Notes: generated by a model not told the origin, from the letters alone. DNA of 64,000 nt from Mobula hypostoma (GCF_963921235.1 NC_086107.1:103728001-103792000); one strand, 5' to 3'. Shown: positions 1-13,324, counted from the stretch's first letter. Numbers and translations are program-made.

Positions 1-490
1 GTCCCTTTGCATCTCAGATTTTTGGATTTTCTCCCTGTTTAGAAAATAGTCTGCACATTTATTTCTTCCACCAAAGTGCATGACCATGCATTTTCCAACT
101 TTGTATTTCATTTGCCATTTTCTTGCCCATTCTCCTAGTCTAAGTCCTTCTGCAGTCTTCCTGTTTCCTTAAAACTACCTGCCCTCCACCAATCTTCGTA
201 TCATCTTCAAACTTGGCAACAAAGCCATCTATTCCATCAACTAAGTCATTGATACACAGCATAAAAAGAAGCGGTCCCAACACCAACCCCTGCAGATCAA
301 CACTAATCACTGGCAGCCAAACAGAAAAGGATCAACCTTGATGTGTGTTGCTTGAATTTCCAGCATCTGCAGAATTCCTCGTGTTTACCTTTTATTCCCA
401 CTTGCTGCCTCCTACCAGTCAGCCAATGCTCTAACCATGCCAGTAACTTTCTTGTAATATGATGGGCTCTTGGTGATCTGACATATGGAG
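1..490 (-). mobile_element. Degraded CR1 LINE RT fragment, interrupted by a short Penelope-type terminal fragment (~338-386)
   Basis: Minus-strand remnant reading KFEDDTKIGGG (YADD-region) and similarity to the CR1 ORF2 copies elsewhere in the window; boundaries approximate. Confidence 0.7.
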
Positions 491-717
491 TTGAGTTGGT
501 ACTGGCGTTGAAGGCATTAAATTTTCTAGCTATTTGGTTGATTAGGGCAGCACATTTCGATTGGTTGAGCACCTCACTGTGAAGTGGGATGAAACTCCCA
601 TCTAGCCGGGAGTGGGAAGCCACTGGAAAGTGTTCCAGTTTTACCGAACACCGTTGAAAGAGGGTGCCGAGGGTAATCATTACTGACGTGATTGAACACT
701 GTGATTCCGCCATACAG

Positions 718-851
718 GTTATGAAGGGGCTTCCCTCGGCCTTTCACCCGCCCGTTCACATTCAGCCTGGCAAGCTCGCTGCATTGGGACTCCGAAGATC
801 CAACTTGTGGAATTCTCGGCATTCACGGAACAGCAGCGGGATCCAGAAACT
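718..851 (+). CDS. TEAD2: TEAD family transcription factor (TEAD2-like), internal coding exon, start of YAP-binding domain
   Basis: catacag|gt tat ... gaa act|gtgagt; 134 bp, phase 1 to 0; (G)YEGASLGLSPARSHSAWQARCIGTPKIQLVEFSAFTEQQRDPET matches the TEAD WQxRxxGTxKxxLVEFSAFxEQQRDP motif. Confidence 0.9.
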
Positions 852-1394
852 GTGAGTGCCTCGTGGGTAAATCCAGCCTGACAGACCAATCCAAACCGGA
901 GGCTTTCGGGAATGTACTTATGGCCCAGTGACACTACGTTTGCATAACTTGCTCTTCTCGTTACTGATCCTTTCTCTCTACTCCAGCGTTGTGCCATTGA
1001 TGGCTTGGCCCCATTTTGTTACGTTGGATTAGCTGGTGCTCACGGGTTGGGTGCAGCAGAGAGGGGAAGGGGGGGGGCTACTACTGGCACTGTTACCCCA
1101 GCAACCCCACTCTCACTGGTGTCATATACGTGACATGTCATATCAAGGCATGCATGTGATCCTCGACTGAAAGTGGGGCAGGTACATGTAGGGCATTTTC
1201 AAATTCAGATTTTATTTCTTTATTTGTCTGTTTATTTATTTACTTGTTTATCTATCTATTTAGATATACAATGCGGAATAGGCCCTTCCAGCCCTTTTCA
1301 GCAACCCCTCCCCACCCCCGATTTAACCCTCGCCTAATCACAGGGCAATTTACAATGACTAATTAACCTACCAACCGATATGTCTTTGGCCAGA

Positions 1395-1930
1395 GCAACG
1401 CAACACAAAATGCTGGAGGAACTCAGCAGGTCAGGCAGCTTCTGTGGGAAAAAATAAACAGCCAACATTTCGGTCCGAGACCCTTCATCAGGACAGGAAA
1501 AAAAAGATGGGGGGGGTCAGAGTACGAAGGGGGGGAGGGGAGGAAGAACCACCAAGGCGATAGGTGAAAGTGGGGGGGAGGGGAGTTGTGAAGTAAAGAG
1601 CTGGGAAATTGATTGGAGGAAGAGATACAGGGCTGGAGAAGGGGGAATCCGATAGGAGAGGATGGAAGGCCACGGAAGAAAGAAAAGGGGGAGGAGCACC
1701 AGAGGGAGGCGATGGGCAGGTAGGGAGATGAGGTGAGAGAGAGGAATGGTGAAGGGGGAGGCATTACCAGAAGTTCGAGAAATCAGTGTTCATGCCATCA
1801 GCTTGGAGGCTACCCAGATGGAATAAAGGGTGTTGCTCGTCCTACCTGAGTGTTGGCCTCATTGCGACAGTAGAGGAGGCCATGGATGGACATAGTGGAA
1901 TGGGAGTGGGAAGTGGAATTAAAATGGGCG
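1395..1930 (-). mobile_element. Penelope-like element 3' fragment (GIY-YIG C-terminus plus terminal repeat)
   Basis: Reverse-complement match to the GIY-YIG-coding copy at 53352-54095; contains a degenerate CTGATGA...GAAA hammerhead core near 1460-1495. Confidence 0.75.
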
Positions 1931-2277
1931 GCTACTTTGGACTGTGGGAGGAAACCAGAGCACCCAGAGGAAACCAACAGGGAGGATGTACAGACTCCTT
2001 ACCGATGGCGTTGAAATTGAACTCCGAGCTCCGACTCTAACAGCGTCGTGCTAACTGCTACTCGAGCATTATCACACGTACATCGAAACATACAGTGAAA
2101 CTCATGGACTGCGTTAACAACCAACACGCCCAAAGGCAGGCTGGGGGCAGCCGGCAAGTGTTGCCACTCATTCCGCCGCTAGCGTAACACGCACACGGAG
2201 AGCAACGCAGAACCCAACAAAGCAGGACACAGCAAGTGACTAAACAACGACAGCTGAACAAGCCCCGTTCATTCATT

Positions 2278-2281
<4 letters not shown>

Positions 2282-2331
<50 letters not shown>

Positions 2332-2335
2332 CATA
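2282..2335. repeat. (CA)n microsatellite
   Basis: Direct inspection. Confidence 0.95.
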
Positions 2336-2644
2336 CAGAGTCCTCCAACCCCAGGGCAGGTTTTCTTTGGCCTCCCGCCTCTGGGTTAGGGCAGGAGATC
2401 AGATTCGGATTTCCTTTATCACGTACAGTGACCTGACGTCATTTGCGTTGGCAACCAGCGCAGAGCCGAGGGTGTGCTGGGGGCAGCCGGCAAGTGGGGC
2501 AATGGCAACCTCTCTAGTTGGGTGAGCCTGCAATGCCATTCAACTGGAGTTCCTTTATCTCACCTTGCACCCTTCACTTTGCCCTTCCCAGCTGAGCAAC
2601 AAAACCCTCCCAGTTTCAGAACATACCAGCATTGCTCTTGAACT

Positions 2645-3130
2645 TAGACCATAAGATACAGGAGCAGAATCAGGCCATTTGGCCCATTGAGTCTGCTCTA
2701 CCATTTCATCATGCCTGATCCATTTTCCCTCTCAGCTCCAATCCCCTGCCTTCTCCCAGTCTCCCACCATGCTCTGAGTAAACAAGAACCTATCAACCTC
2801 TGCCTTAAATATACCCAAAGACCTGGCCTCCACAGCTGCCTATGGCAACGAATTCCACACATTCACCACTCTCTGGCTAAAGAAATTCTTCCTCATCTCC
2901 ATTCTAAAAGCACGCCCCTCTATTCTGAGGCTGTGTCCTTTGGTCTTAAGTTCTCCCCACCATAGGAAACATCCTTTGCATTTCCACTCTATTGAGGGCC
3001 TTTTAGCTTTCGATAGGTTTCGATGAGATTCCCCCGCATTCTTCTGAATTCCAGCATTTGCAGGCCCACAGCCATCAAACAATCCTCATTTGATAAGCCT
3101 GTCAATCCCAGAATCATTTTCGAGGGACTC
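2645..3130 (-). mobile_element. CR1 LINE 3' fragment
   Basis: ORF 2840..3082 contains the CR1 C-terminal motif KTKGHSLRIEGRAFRMEMRKNFFSQRVVNVWNSLP. Confidence 0.8.
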
Positions 3131-3311
3131 CAATTTCTCCCTCACTCTCTTAACTCCTAACCTTGTCTCGATTCATTAGCTTGTATTTTGTGCCAAGATT
3201 CCAGCATCTAAGGGCTCTTGCGTCTCGTTGCTTTCCCCAATGTGGTTTGTGTCCTGGTTTCTACTTCTTGCATTATTCCAATGCTGATGTTGCTCTATTC
3301 TTCCTTGACAG

Positions 3312-3485
3312 TTCAATAAGCACCTCTTTGTCCACATTGGCCAGTCGAGTCGATCTTACAGTGAGGGTCTGCTTGAATCCATTGACATCCGCCAAATCTA
3401 CGATAAGTTTCCGGAGAAGAAGGGGGGCTTGAAGGAGCTGTTTGAGAAAGGAACGCCAAACACGTTTTTCCTTGTCAAATTCTGG
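3312..3485 (+). CDS. TEAD2: TEAD2-like coding exon (YAP-binding domain)
   Basis: ttccttgacag|ttc ... tgg|gtcagt; 174 bp, phase 0-0; [58 protein letters not shown]. Confidence 0.97.
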
Positions 3486-4704
3486 GTCAGTACGAACGGT
3501 CCGGACATTCTGTGTTTCCCGTTTGTAACATCGTGGCTCTCTCCAAACGAACCAGAGTGATATGGCTGAAATGGCCGCACCTCAGGAGAGTTCAATTCTG
3601 CAGAGAGACTTGAATTTGCATTTCTCTCATTCACTCATTCTGTAAGTTTGAAAAATCACCATGGCAACCCTCGATGGGTGATCAGAAAATTCTCTGGAAG
3701 GCTTTAGAACCAGAGCAGGACAATGGGAGTAGGCAAATTAAATGGTTTGACTTTGACTAGATGGGCCGAAGGGCCTGTTTTTGTGCTATACTTCTCTATG
3801 ACTCTATAAGACGGATATGACTAATTTTCATGATGAAATGACTCAAAGAAAAAGGAATCTGTTTATTTTCTGTTAGCAGCACAGACAATGTTGGGAATCT
3901 GAAATAAAAAGATAAACTGCTGGAAAATCTGCAAATTTTGCAAATTCTGTGGTAGAATGTGGAGAGAGTTGATGGGGATCTGGGGAGAATAAACTGGGTT
4001 AGGGCGGGATTAGTGAGTTGTTGATGGTTACCATAGACTGGAGGCCAAGTGGCCTGCTTCTGAGCTGTGTCCTTCCCTCTGTGGTTCTCTGACTCAGAGT
4101 TCAAAGGTTCAAAGTAAATTTGTTATTGTTGTTGTTGGCATCCGTCTGTCTGGAAGGTCAATGGGTGATGTGATCATCATCACAAGCCTGGGCAGAAAGT
4201 ATGGAGATCCTGAGATGCCCAGTCATCAATATCCCCCTCTCGGCCTCACCAGTGTAGTCCAAAGGAAAGCTTATGAAGCAATACGTTTGGCACCAGCTTG
4301 GCAGCAGGAGCTGCTGGAAGGATGTTCAACGACATCCAGCTGCCTGAGGGGCTCTGCTCCAGATTTACTGTCTGGGTTTACTTGTCTCTCCTGAGGCTGC
4401 CCACAAGGCAGTGGGGCTACTTACCCCTAGCTGGGGATCTGGTTCGTGAGCACCAGGGCGTGTCCACACACCGGTGGGCCTGCGTGCTACGTGTGCAGGG
4501 TCCAGACCTCCTCCCCGTCCTCTGTAGTTCAGTTTCCGTGTGTCGCCAGCGAGGAGGCACTGCGTGAGGCTTGTTGTTGGAGAGGCTGTGTACTGTCAAG
4601 GAGAGACTCACACATTCAGCTCTCCGTTTTAACAAGACTGCCAGCCAGCAGTGGAAGCTGAAAGTGAGACGACAAGCACTACCCGCTACACTACCACCCT
4701 AGCT

Positions 4705-5335
4705 CAGGGGTCCCCAACCTTTTTTGCACCGCGGACCGGTTTAATATTGACAATATTCTTGCGGACCGGCCGACCTGGGGGCAGGGGGTGTTCAAGTAGG
4801 GTTAAACTCACCTCAACATGTCTTTTACAGTTAGGGTTGCCAACTTTCTCACTCCCAAATAAGGGACAAAAGTAGCAGTCAAATCCTGGGACACTTTACC
4901 CCTGGAAAGACTACCATGACCATGAAGCCTTGCGCGGGCACCTGTGTGCGCATGCGCGTACGTGCCGATTTCCCCTCCCCCCACAAATCGGTTTTGCCTT
5001 CATCTTCCCGACTACACTGTACATATATTATTTCTATTTCATATAGGCTGTGTATTTATCATATCATTCCTGCTTTCACTATATGTTAGTGTTATTTTCA
5101 TTTTTATGTGTTATTTGGTTCTACCTTAGCGGGGGAAATACAGGACAAGAGCGGTCCCATATGGAACAAACCAATTTAGCCCAATATACGGGATGTCCTG
5201 GCAAATATGGGACAGTTTGCAACCCTATGTTCAAGTTCAACAGTGCATGATAGGGAATGAGGAAAGGGGCAGCTGACTCATATCGTTTCCTCACGGCCCG
5301 GTACCGGTCCGTGGCCTGGTGGTTGGGGACCGCTT
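4705..5335. mobile_element. hAT (Charlie-like) MITE with a second hAT MITE nested at 4797-5227
   Basis: Outer TIRs caggggtccccaacc / ggttggggaccgct with 8-bp TSD ccctagct/ccctagat; inner tagggtt...aacccta flanked by exact 8-bp TSD tgttcaag (4789-4796, 5228-5235). Confidence 0.8.
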
Positions 5336-5389
5336 CCCTAGATGCATCACAACAACCAATTTGACACCAAATTTGTTACAGAAGTATGT

Positions 5390-5960
5390 ACGCACTCAAG
5401 GTGTATACATACTTTTTAGGGGCTTCCTGTACCTAATAAAGTGGCCATTGAGTGTAGGTTCATGGTCTTCTGCTGCTGTAGCCCATCCATTTCAAGGTTC
5501 GAGATGTTGTGTATTCAGAGATGCTCTTCTGCACACCACAGTTGTAACACATGGTGATTAGAGTTGCTGCTGACTGTCAGCATGAACCAGTCTGCCCATT
5601 CTCCTCTGACCTCTCTCATTAACAAGGCGCTTTCTCCCACAGAACTGCCGCTCACTGGATTTTTAAATTTGTTTTTTGCACCATTCTCTGTAAACTCTAG
5701 AGACTGTTGTGCATGAAACTCCCAGGAGGTCAGCAGGTTCTGAAATACTCAAACCACCCCATCTGGCACCAACAATCATTCCACAGTCAAAGTCACTCAG
5801 ATCACTTTTCTTTCCCAATCTGACGTTGGGTCTGAGCAATAACTGAACCTCGTGACCATGTCTATATGCTTTTATGCAGCATTGAGTTGCTGCCATATGA
5901 TTGGCTGATTAGATATTTGCATTAATGAGCAGGTGTACAGGTGTAATAAAGTGACTTGCA
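5390..5960 (-). mobile_element. Tc1/mariner-derived non-autonomous element
   Basis: Transposase N-terminal remnant GKKSDLSDFDCGMIVGARWGGLSISEPADLLG (ORF 5663..5896); same family at ~19390-19927, ~26120-26480 and 44691-45215. Confidence 0.75.
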
Positions 5961-6118
5961 TGTGTATGCCACCATGTACTACCCTGAGACTCATTTTCTT
6001 GCAGACATTCACAGTAGAACAAAGAAACACAATAGAATCAAAGAAAAACTGCACACGGCAGACAAATAACTAATGTGTAAAAGAAGATAAACTGTAAAAA
6101 CAAATAACAATAATAATA

Positions 6119-6440
6119 ATAGATATAGCCATTCCAAACACACATAACTTACAGGATTCAATAAGTGAAAAACAGCAGAAATATGCTGAATTAAAAGAGG
6201 AAATTGAAAGACTATGGAACATGAACAGGTTATACATTGTCCCAATAGTAATATCTACAACTGTCATCATTTCAAAGTCACTACACAACAGCATTAAACA
6301 ATTAGGTCTACACAGCAATATCTTTGTAAATCTCCGGATAGCCACAATTCTAAACACCACCAGAACAGCCCAAAAGTTCCTAGCAATTGACAGATGAGAG
6401 AGATTGGCTATTTCCATACCTCGAGTTTTACCAACTTGAG
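6119..6440 (+). mobile_element. R4/Dong-like non-LTR retrotransposon 3' fragment (restriction-like endonuclease C-terminus)
   Basis: Reads IDIAIPNTHNLQDSISEKQQKYAELKEEIERLWNMNRLYIVPIVISTT..., the D-x-A-x-P...EK..KY..L..E.. motif of RLE-type elements; abuts a (TAA)n run. Confidence 0.65.
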
Positions 6441-7309
6441 CTGGAAAACGTGTAGGTAGGTAGGTATATATAGATAAAGAAAATGATAGATAGACAGATA
6501 GATAACTCTAAGAACATAGAGTCCTTGAAAGAGGGTTCATACGTTTGTAGGTTGTGGCTCTACTGGGCAGATAACATCTATAGAAAGAAAAACAGAGATA
6601 TTACTTCACATCCTTTGTCAGAATTGGAAAAGAGAGAAGACAAATTAGTTTTAAATTGGGTCAAAGAAAAAAAATCATGAGCTGCTAGGAAAACTCAGTC
6701 GGTCAGGCAGCATCTGTGGAGGCGAAGGAATGGTCGACGTTTTGGGTTGTGACCCTGCATCAGGACTGAGAATGAGGAGGGGAGACGAGATGAAGGGGGT
6801 GGGGGGAGGGGAGCGAGGTTTGGGCTGGTGGGTGATAGGTGGATCCAGGTGTTGATTGGCAGACGGAGGGGAAGGGTGGAGAAAGCAACGGGGGATGAGA
6901 TAACGGGTGGAGGCTGCAGATGGCGAGCCCTGTTTAGAAAGGAAGGTGGTAAGGGAGAGCTGGTGGCCTGATAGGAACAGGAGGGGGAAGGGATAGGGGA
7001 CCCAGTAGATTGAGTGGGTGGTGGGTAGATGGAATCATGTGAGGGAGGGGAAAGAAACTGGGTAACAGGAAGCTGGGGTTTAGATGGGGGAGGATGTGTG
7101 AGGGGAGTCGGGTAGATCAGGAAGAGATTGGAAAGAGAGTGGGTTACCTGAAATTGGAGAATTCAGTGCTCACTGTGTTGGGTTGCTGACCACACCGGTG
7201 GAAATTAAGATGCTGCGCAGACACTGTGGGGTAGGGGGAAGGAGGGGAGGGGGGAGGGAGTGATCAGACAAAGGTAATCGCTCTGATAGGAAGAGAAGAG
7301 GATTGCAGA

Positions 7310-8200
7310 ATCACGATCAGGTTCATTACCACTGACACCTGTGGTGAAATGTATTGCTTCGTGGCTGCAAGACATAAGGTTTGCTATAAATTACAAAATA
7401 AATAAAAAGCACAAGAGACAGATAACGGCGTGAAGTTCGTGGGTTCGTGGACTATTCAGAAATCCGGTGACTGAGGGGAACGAGCAGTTCCTAAAATGAT
7501 GAGTGTGGGTCTTCAGGCTCCTGCACCTCCTCCTTGATGGTAGCAGTGAGACCAGGACAGGTCCTGGGCGGTGAGGGTTTCTAATGATGGATGCTGCCTT
7601 CTTGAGGCGCGTCCTTTTGAAGATGTCCGCGGTAGTGGGGATCACTGTGGCTGTGACGGGGATGGCCGAGTCCGCAGCCTCCTTTGATCCTGTGCACTGG
7701 AGCCTTCTTACCAGCTGGTGCTGTAACCAGTCAGAATGCTTGGTCTCCAACGTTCTGTATATCTATAGAGCTTTGCTAGAGTCTTTGGTTGCAGACAAGA
7801 TCTTCTCAAACCCCTAATGAAATGAAGCTGTTGACATGCCTCCTTCATGGCTGCATCAACGTGCTGCAACCAGGATAGATCCTGTCAGACGCCCAGAAAC
7901 CTGAAGCTGCTCACCCTTTCCATCTCCGGCCCCTCAGTGAGGACTGGTGTGTGCTCTCTCAACTTCCCCCTTCCCGAAATCCAAGCCAGTTCCCTGGTCT
8001 AGCTGATGTTGAGTGCAAGGCTGTCGTCGTGCCACTGCTCGAACCAGCCGACCTATTTCACTCTGAGATTCTGCCAACAATGGCGGTGTCATCGGCGAAT
8101 ATATAGATGGCATTTGGTCTGTTCCTAGCCACGCGGACACAAGTGTAGAGAGTGTCGAGCAGTGGGCTAGGCGTTCACCCTTAAGGCAGGCCTGTGTTGA
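7310..8200 (-). mobile_element. Rex-Babar/L2-type LINE 3' fragment, degraded
   Basis: ORF remnants KKAASIIRNPHRPG...LLPSRRRCRSLKTHT..FRNCSFPS, homologous to ORF 43489..44220. Confidence 0.7.
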
Positions 8201-8346
8201 TTTCAGCTAGCTGATTGAATCACTTTTCCAGCCTGACGGCAGTCTCCCAAGAGGAAGTCAGAATCCTAAAGCAAAGGGAATGATGATATTGGGTGGGACG
8301 ATGTGAGTCTTTGATTAAACCTAATACTTATTCTCTCCTCTTTCAG

Positions 8347-8487
8347 GCCGACCTTAGTATCAATATCCAGGACGAAACGGGCCTGTTTTACGGGGTTACC
8401 AGTCAGTATGAAAGCATTGAAAATATGACCATCACTTGCTCCTCCAAGATCTGCTCCTTTGGCAAACAAGTTGTAGAAAAGGTTGAA
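8347..8487 (+). CDS. TEAD2: TEAD2-like coding exon
   Basis: ctcctctttcag|gcc ... gaa|gtaagt; 141 bp, phase 0-0; [47 protein letters not shown]. Confidence 0.97.
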
Positions 8488-8909
8488 GTAAGTTCCCGTT
8501 TCCTTCGTTTGGGCCTACTTCATCACGATGTACAGCAGAACTGTAGGAACCCGGTATCCTGTTGTAAAGATCCCGACGGAGGCGCACGATGTCGGAATCT
8601 CGAGCAGCAAACAATCTGCCGGAGGAACTCAGAAGGTGTGGGGAGCAAAGGAATAGTCTCATGCAGGCTTTCGGCCTGAAACGGCAACAGTTCCTCTCCC
8701 CTCACAGATCCTGCCCCCAAGAGGTCCAGCACCTTGTTGTAGGGTCTGGAGGCTTGCCTACCTCAATGACCCGGAGGGCTATGTTGGCTGGGGTCAGGGC
8801 CTTGTACTTGATGCTTGGTAGAGTCACCCATGCCAAACAGGTCAAAGGGTAGAGGCCAGACTAAGAGCGGTCCACCAGTCCTCCAGGTTTGGGTGTTCAG
8901 CTCAGGGCT

Positions 8910-11682
8910 GAAGGAGGGCTGTGATTGCCAACTAAATATTCCTGGATTTAATTGCTTCAGGTGTGATAGAATCAGAGGGACAAGAGGGGGAGGTGTTGCA
9001 TTGTTTGTCAGAGAAAATATTACAGCAGCGCTCTGGCAGGATAGATTAGAGGGCTCGTCTAGGGAGGCAATTTGGGTGGAATTGAGGAAAGAGAAAGGTG
9101 TAGTAACTTTTATGGGGGTGTATTATAGACCACCAAATGGAGAGTGCGAATTGGAGGAGCAAATTTGTAAGGAGATAGCAGATGTTTGTAGTAAGCACAA
9201 GGTTGTGATTGTGGGAGATTTTAATTTTCCACACATAGACTGGGAAGCCCATACTGTAAAAGGCCTGGGTGGTTTGGAGTTTGTAAAATGTGTGCAGGAT
9301 AGTTTTTTGCAGCAATACATAGAGGTACCAACTAGAGAAGGGGCAGGGTTAGATCTCCTGTTAGGGAATGAGATAGGTCAGGTGACGGAGGTTTGTGTTG
9401 GGGAGCACTTCGGGTCCAGTGATCACAATGCTATTAGTTTCAATATAATTATGGAGAAGGATAGGTCTGGACCCAGGGTTGAGATTTTTGATTGGAGAAG
9501 GGCTAACTTTGAGGAGATGTGAAAGGATTTAGAAGGAGTGGATTGGGAGAATTTGTTTTATGGGAAGAATGCAACAGAGAAATGGAGGTCATTTAAAGGT
9601 GAAGTTTTGAGAGTACAGAATCTTTATGTTCCTGTTAGGTTGAAAGGAAAGGTTAAAAGTTTGAGAGAGCCATGGTTTTCAAGGGATATTGGAAACTTGG
9701 TTCGGAAAAAGAGAGATATCTACAATAAATATAGGCAGTATGGAGTAAATGAGGTGCTCAAAGAATATAAAGAATGTAAAAAGAGTCTTAAGAAAGAAAT
9801 TAGAAAAGCTAAAAGAAGATATGAGGTTGCTTTGGCAAGTAAGGTGAAAATAAATCCAAAGGGTTTCTACCATTATATTAATAGCAAAAGGATAGTGAGG
9901 GATAAAATTGGTCCCTTAGAGAATCAGAGTGGACAGCTATGTGTGGAGCCAAAAGAGATGGGGGAAATTCTGAACAATTTCTTTTCTTTGGTATTCACTA
10001 AGGAGAAGGATATTGAATTGTGTAAGATAAGGGAAACTAATAGGAAAGTTATGGAAACTATGATGATTAAAGAAGAGCAAGTACTGGAGCTTTTAAGGAA
10101 TATAAAAGTGAATAAGTCTCTGGGTCCTGACAGGATATTCCCTGGGACCTTGAGGGAAGTTAGTGTGGAAATAGCAGGGGCTCTGACAGAAATATTTCGA
10201 ATGTCATTAGAAACGGGGATGGTGCCGGAGGATTGGCGTATTGCTCATGTTGTTCCATTGTTTAAAAAGGGTTCTAAGGGTAAACCTAGCAATTATCAGT
10301 CTGTGAGTTTGACGTCAGTGGTGGGTAAATTGATGGAAAGTATTCTTAGAGATGGTATATATAATTATCTGGATAGACAGGGTCTGATTAGGAACAGTCA
10401 ACATGGATTTGTGCGTGGAAGGTCATGTTTGACAAATCTTACTGAATTTTTTGAAGAGGTTACTAGGAAAGTTGACAAGGGTAAAGCAGTGGATGTTGTC
10501 TATATGGACTTCAGTAAGGCCTTTGACAAGGTCCCACATGGAGGCTTGGTTAGGAAGGTTCAATTGTTAGCTATTAATATTGAAGTAGTAAAATGGATTC
10601 AGCAGTGACTGGATGGGAGGCACCAGAGGGTGGTGGTGGATAACTGTTTGTCAGATTGGAGGCCGGTGACTAGTGGTGTACCTCAGGGATCTGTACTGGG
10701 TCCAATGTTATTTGTCATATACATTAATGATCTGGATGATGGGGTGGTAAATTGGATGAGTAAGTATGCAGATGATACTAAGATAGGTGGAGTTGTGGAT
10801 AATGAAGTAGGTTTTCAAAGCTTGCAGGGAGATTTAGGCCAGTTAGAAGAGTGGGCTAAAAGATGGCAGATGGAGTTTAATGCTGATAAATGTGAGGTGC
10901 TACATTTTGGTAGGACTAATCAAAATAGGACATACATGGTAAATGGTAGGGCATTGAAGAATGCGGTAGAACAGAGGGATCTAGGAATAATGGTGCATAG
11001 TTCCCTGAAGGTGGAATCTCATGTGGATAGGGTAGTGAAGAAAGCTTTTGGTATGCTGACTTTTATAAATCAGAGCATCGAGTATAGGAGTTGGGATGTA
11101 ATGTTGAAATTGTACAAGGCATTGGTGAGGCCAAATTTCGAGTATTGTGTACAGTTTTGGTTACCGAATTATAGGAAAGATGTCAACAAAATAGAGAGAG
11201 TACAGGGAAGATTTACTAGAATGTTACCTGGGTTTCATCACCTAAGTTACAGAGAAAGGTTGAACAAGTTGGGCCTTTATTCTTTGGAGTGTAGAAGGTT
11301 GAGGGGGGACTTGACAGAGGTGTTTAAAGTTGTGAACGGGATTGACAGAGTTGACGTGGATAGGCTTTTTCCATTGAGAGTAGGGGAGGTTCAAACAAGA
11401 GGACATGGGTTGAGAGTTAGAGGACAAAAGTTTAGGGGTAACATGAGGGGGAACTTCTTTACTCAGAGAGTGGTAGCTGTGTGGAACGAGCTTCCAGCAG
11501 AAGTGGTTGAGGCAGGTTCGATGTTGTTGTTTAAAGTTAAATTGGACAGCTATATGGACAGGAAAGGAATGGAGGGTTATGGGCTGAGTGCAGGTCGGTG
11601 GGACTAGGTGAGAGTAAGAGTTCGGCATGGACTAGAAGGGCTGAGATGGCCTGTTTCCATGCTGTAATTGTTATATGGTTAT
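8910..11682 (+). mobile_element. CR1 LINE, 5'-truncated, nearly complete ORF2 (APE endonuclease + RT) with two in-frame stops
   Basis: ORFs 8815..9522, 9538..10608 and 10630..11607 share one frame; motifs GVYYRPP, GDFNFP, SDH, QHGF, DFSKAFDKV, GVPQGSVLGP, YADD, TRGH; gttatatggttat tail. Confidence 0.95.
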
Positions 11683-13324
11683 TAAAAAAAATTGTTGAGG
11701 CAACAGCGATGAAGAAAGGCTTCATGGATGCCCAAGGTGCCAGTGGTGTTACAGGTATTTGCCGTTGTACAGATGCTGCTCGGCCCCTGAGTTCCTCAAG
11801 CAGATAGTTACTTGCCATATAAAGTCCAAAAGGTTCGGAATGGTTTCACTGTTTCCCAGCCTCCCTTTAAACACAACAGGTTCCCCCGGAGAATTTATTG
11901 TACTACTGTGGTTCATGCTTATGAATGAAACCATGTTGGGGCAACGTCCAAAAATACACAAAATCTGTTCCTTCCAGCACTGTCAGTGTGCTTAGAGTGC
12001 CAGATTATTGGAGCTAGAGTGGAACAAGATGGGCCAATTTTGCAGACTATTGGATTTGTTCGAGTGATTTTGGGGTTTAGGGCATGTACATCTAGCAATT
12101 GACTTTGGCTACCAGTCTTCAGATCTGAATATGGATTGTGGATTTAATTTGGAGTGCAACTCTGAACAATGGGCTCCTCAGAACTGTGAATCCCAGTCTA
12201 GACAATGCTGATTCAAACTCGTTTGGATATCTATGGTGTAGATGTGAATCAGGAGATGTGAAGGTCATATGCAGTTTCAAAGAAAGCATTGTCCATACAT
12301 TGTGAATATGGAGTTGTCCTTTGATGTTTGGCACATAAAATATCAAGCCTCATGTTGGGCCAGCAGACCTTTCGACCAAAAGTGTCTTCATATGATGCCT
12401 GCTGTACCTTGTTTTGTTGAATGAAGAAGCTGCTTTGTGTCTCTGGTAATGTTCTCTGGTGACTTCATTCACGCAACAGCAGATATTACTCCGGTATCCA
12501 AACAACCCAAAACACAATTTTGTTTCACCTGTTATACTGAGGAAGAATTCCAGATGAGTTTAAAGGGAAGCTGGGCACCTCTGGACACCAGCTCCTGCTG
12601 CAAACCCACTGTCGTTCTTGATCCCTGGGCTTCCAGACCCCAACCCAGCTCAGGGCTCGGACCCCAGACCCACCACATCTCAGACCTCCAGGTCTGCTCA
12701 CGCACACCATCTCCTCCCTTACCTCCCCTCCCCCCAAAACTCTGGACACTCAGCTCACTTTCCAGATGAATGAGAGAACGGGATGCCAAATTTTCAGAAC
12801 AATCAGTTGCAAGGTTATAGGAGCATTTTTCAATGATTGACTTGTGGAGGAAGAAACTGTGTGGACAATTTAATCGTCTTTACACCTTTGGCACTGAAGG
12901 TCCCAATCTTGTTATTTTTTCTATTTTCTGCCCTGGTGGAAAATCTTACTGTCCGGGCAGCTTGTTATTCTTTCTTTTTAAATCTTTTTATTAATTTTCA
13001 AAATTATAAACTCAATAACAAAATTGGTACAAAGAGATTGGAATAATCTTAATCAGCATATATTAAAAGGATTTTAAGTAACATAGGTATAATAAACTTC
13101 CAAACTCATAATGAAATTAGTCATATAAAAAGAAAAAAATATATATATAAACAAAGAAAAATCCCCAAAAGAAAAAGAAAAAAAAAACCCAAAAGGAAAC
13201 AGGGCTAGACCAATATCCTGAATCAGACATGTTCAGTAATGTCGTCCCAGACAGCTTGTTATTACCTTTTCCACCTCAGTGCCCTGGGTTCTCACTGAAG
13301 GATGCCCCTGTTTATCTCCTCCAG

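Noticed and set aside
664..855. ORF-track proteins overlapping TEAD exons (664..855, 3163..3432, 8293..8679, 13229..13501)
   Set aside because: These are wrong-frame readings or exon plus intron read-through, not independent genes.
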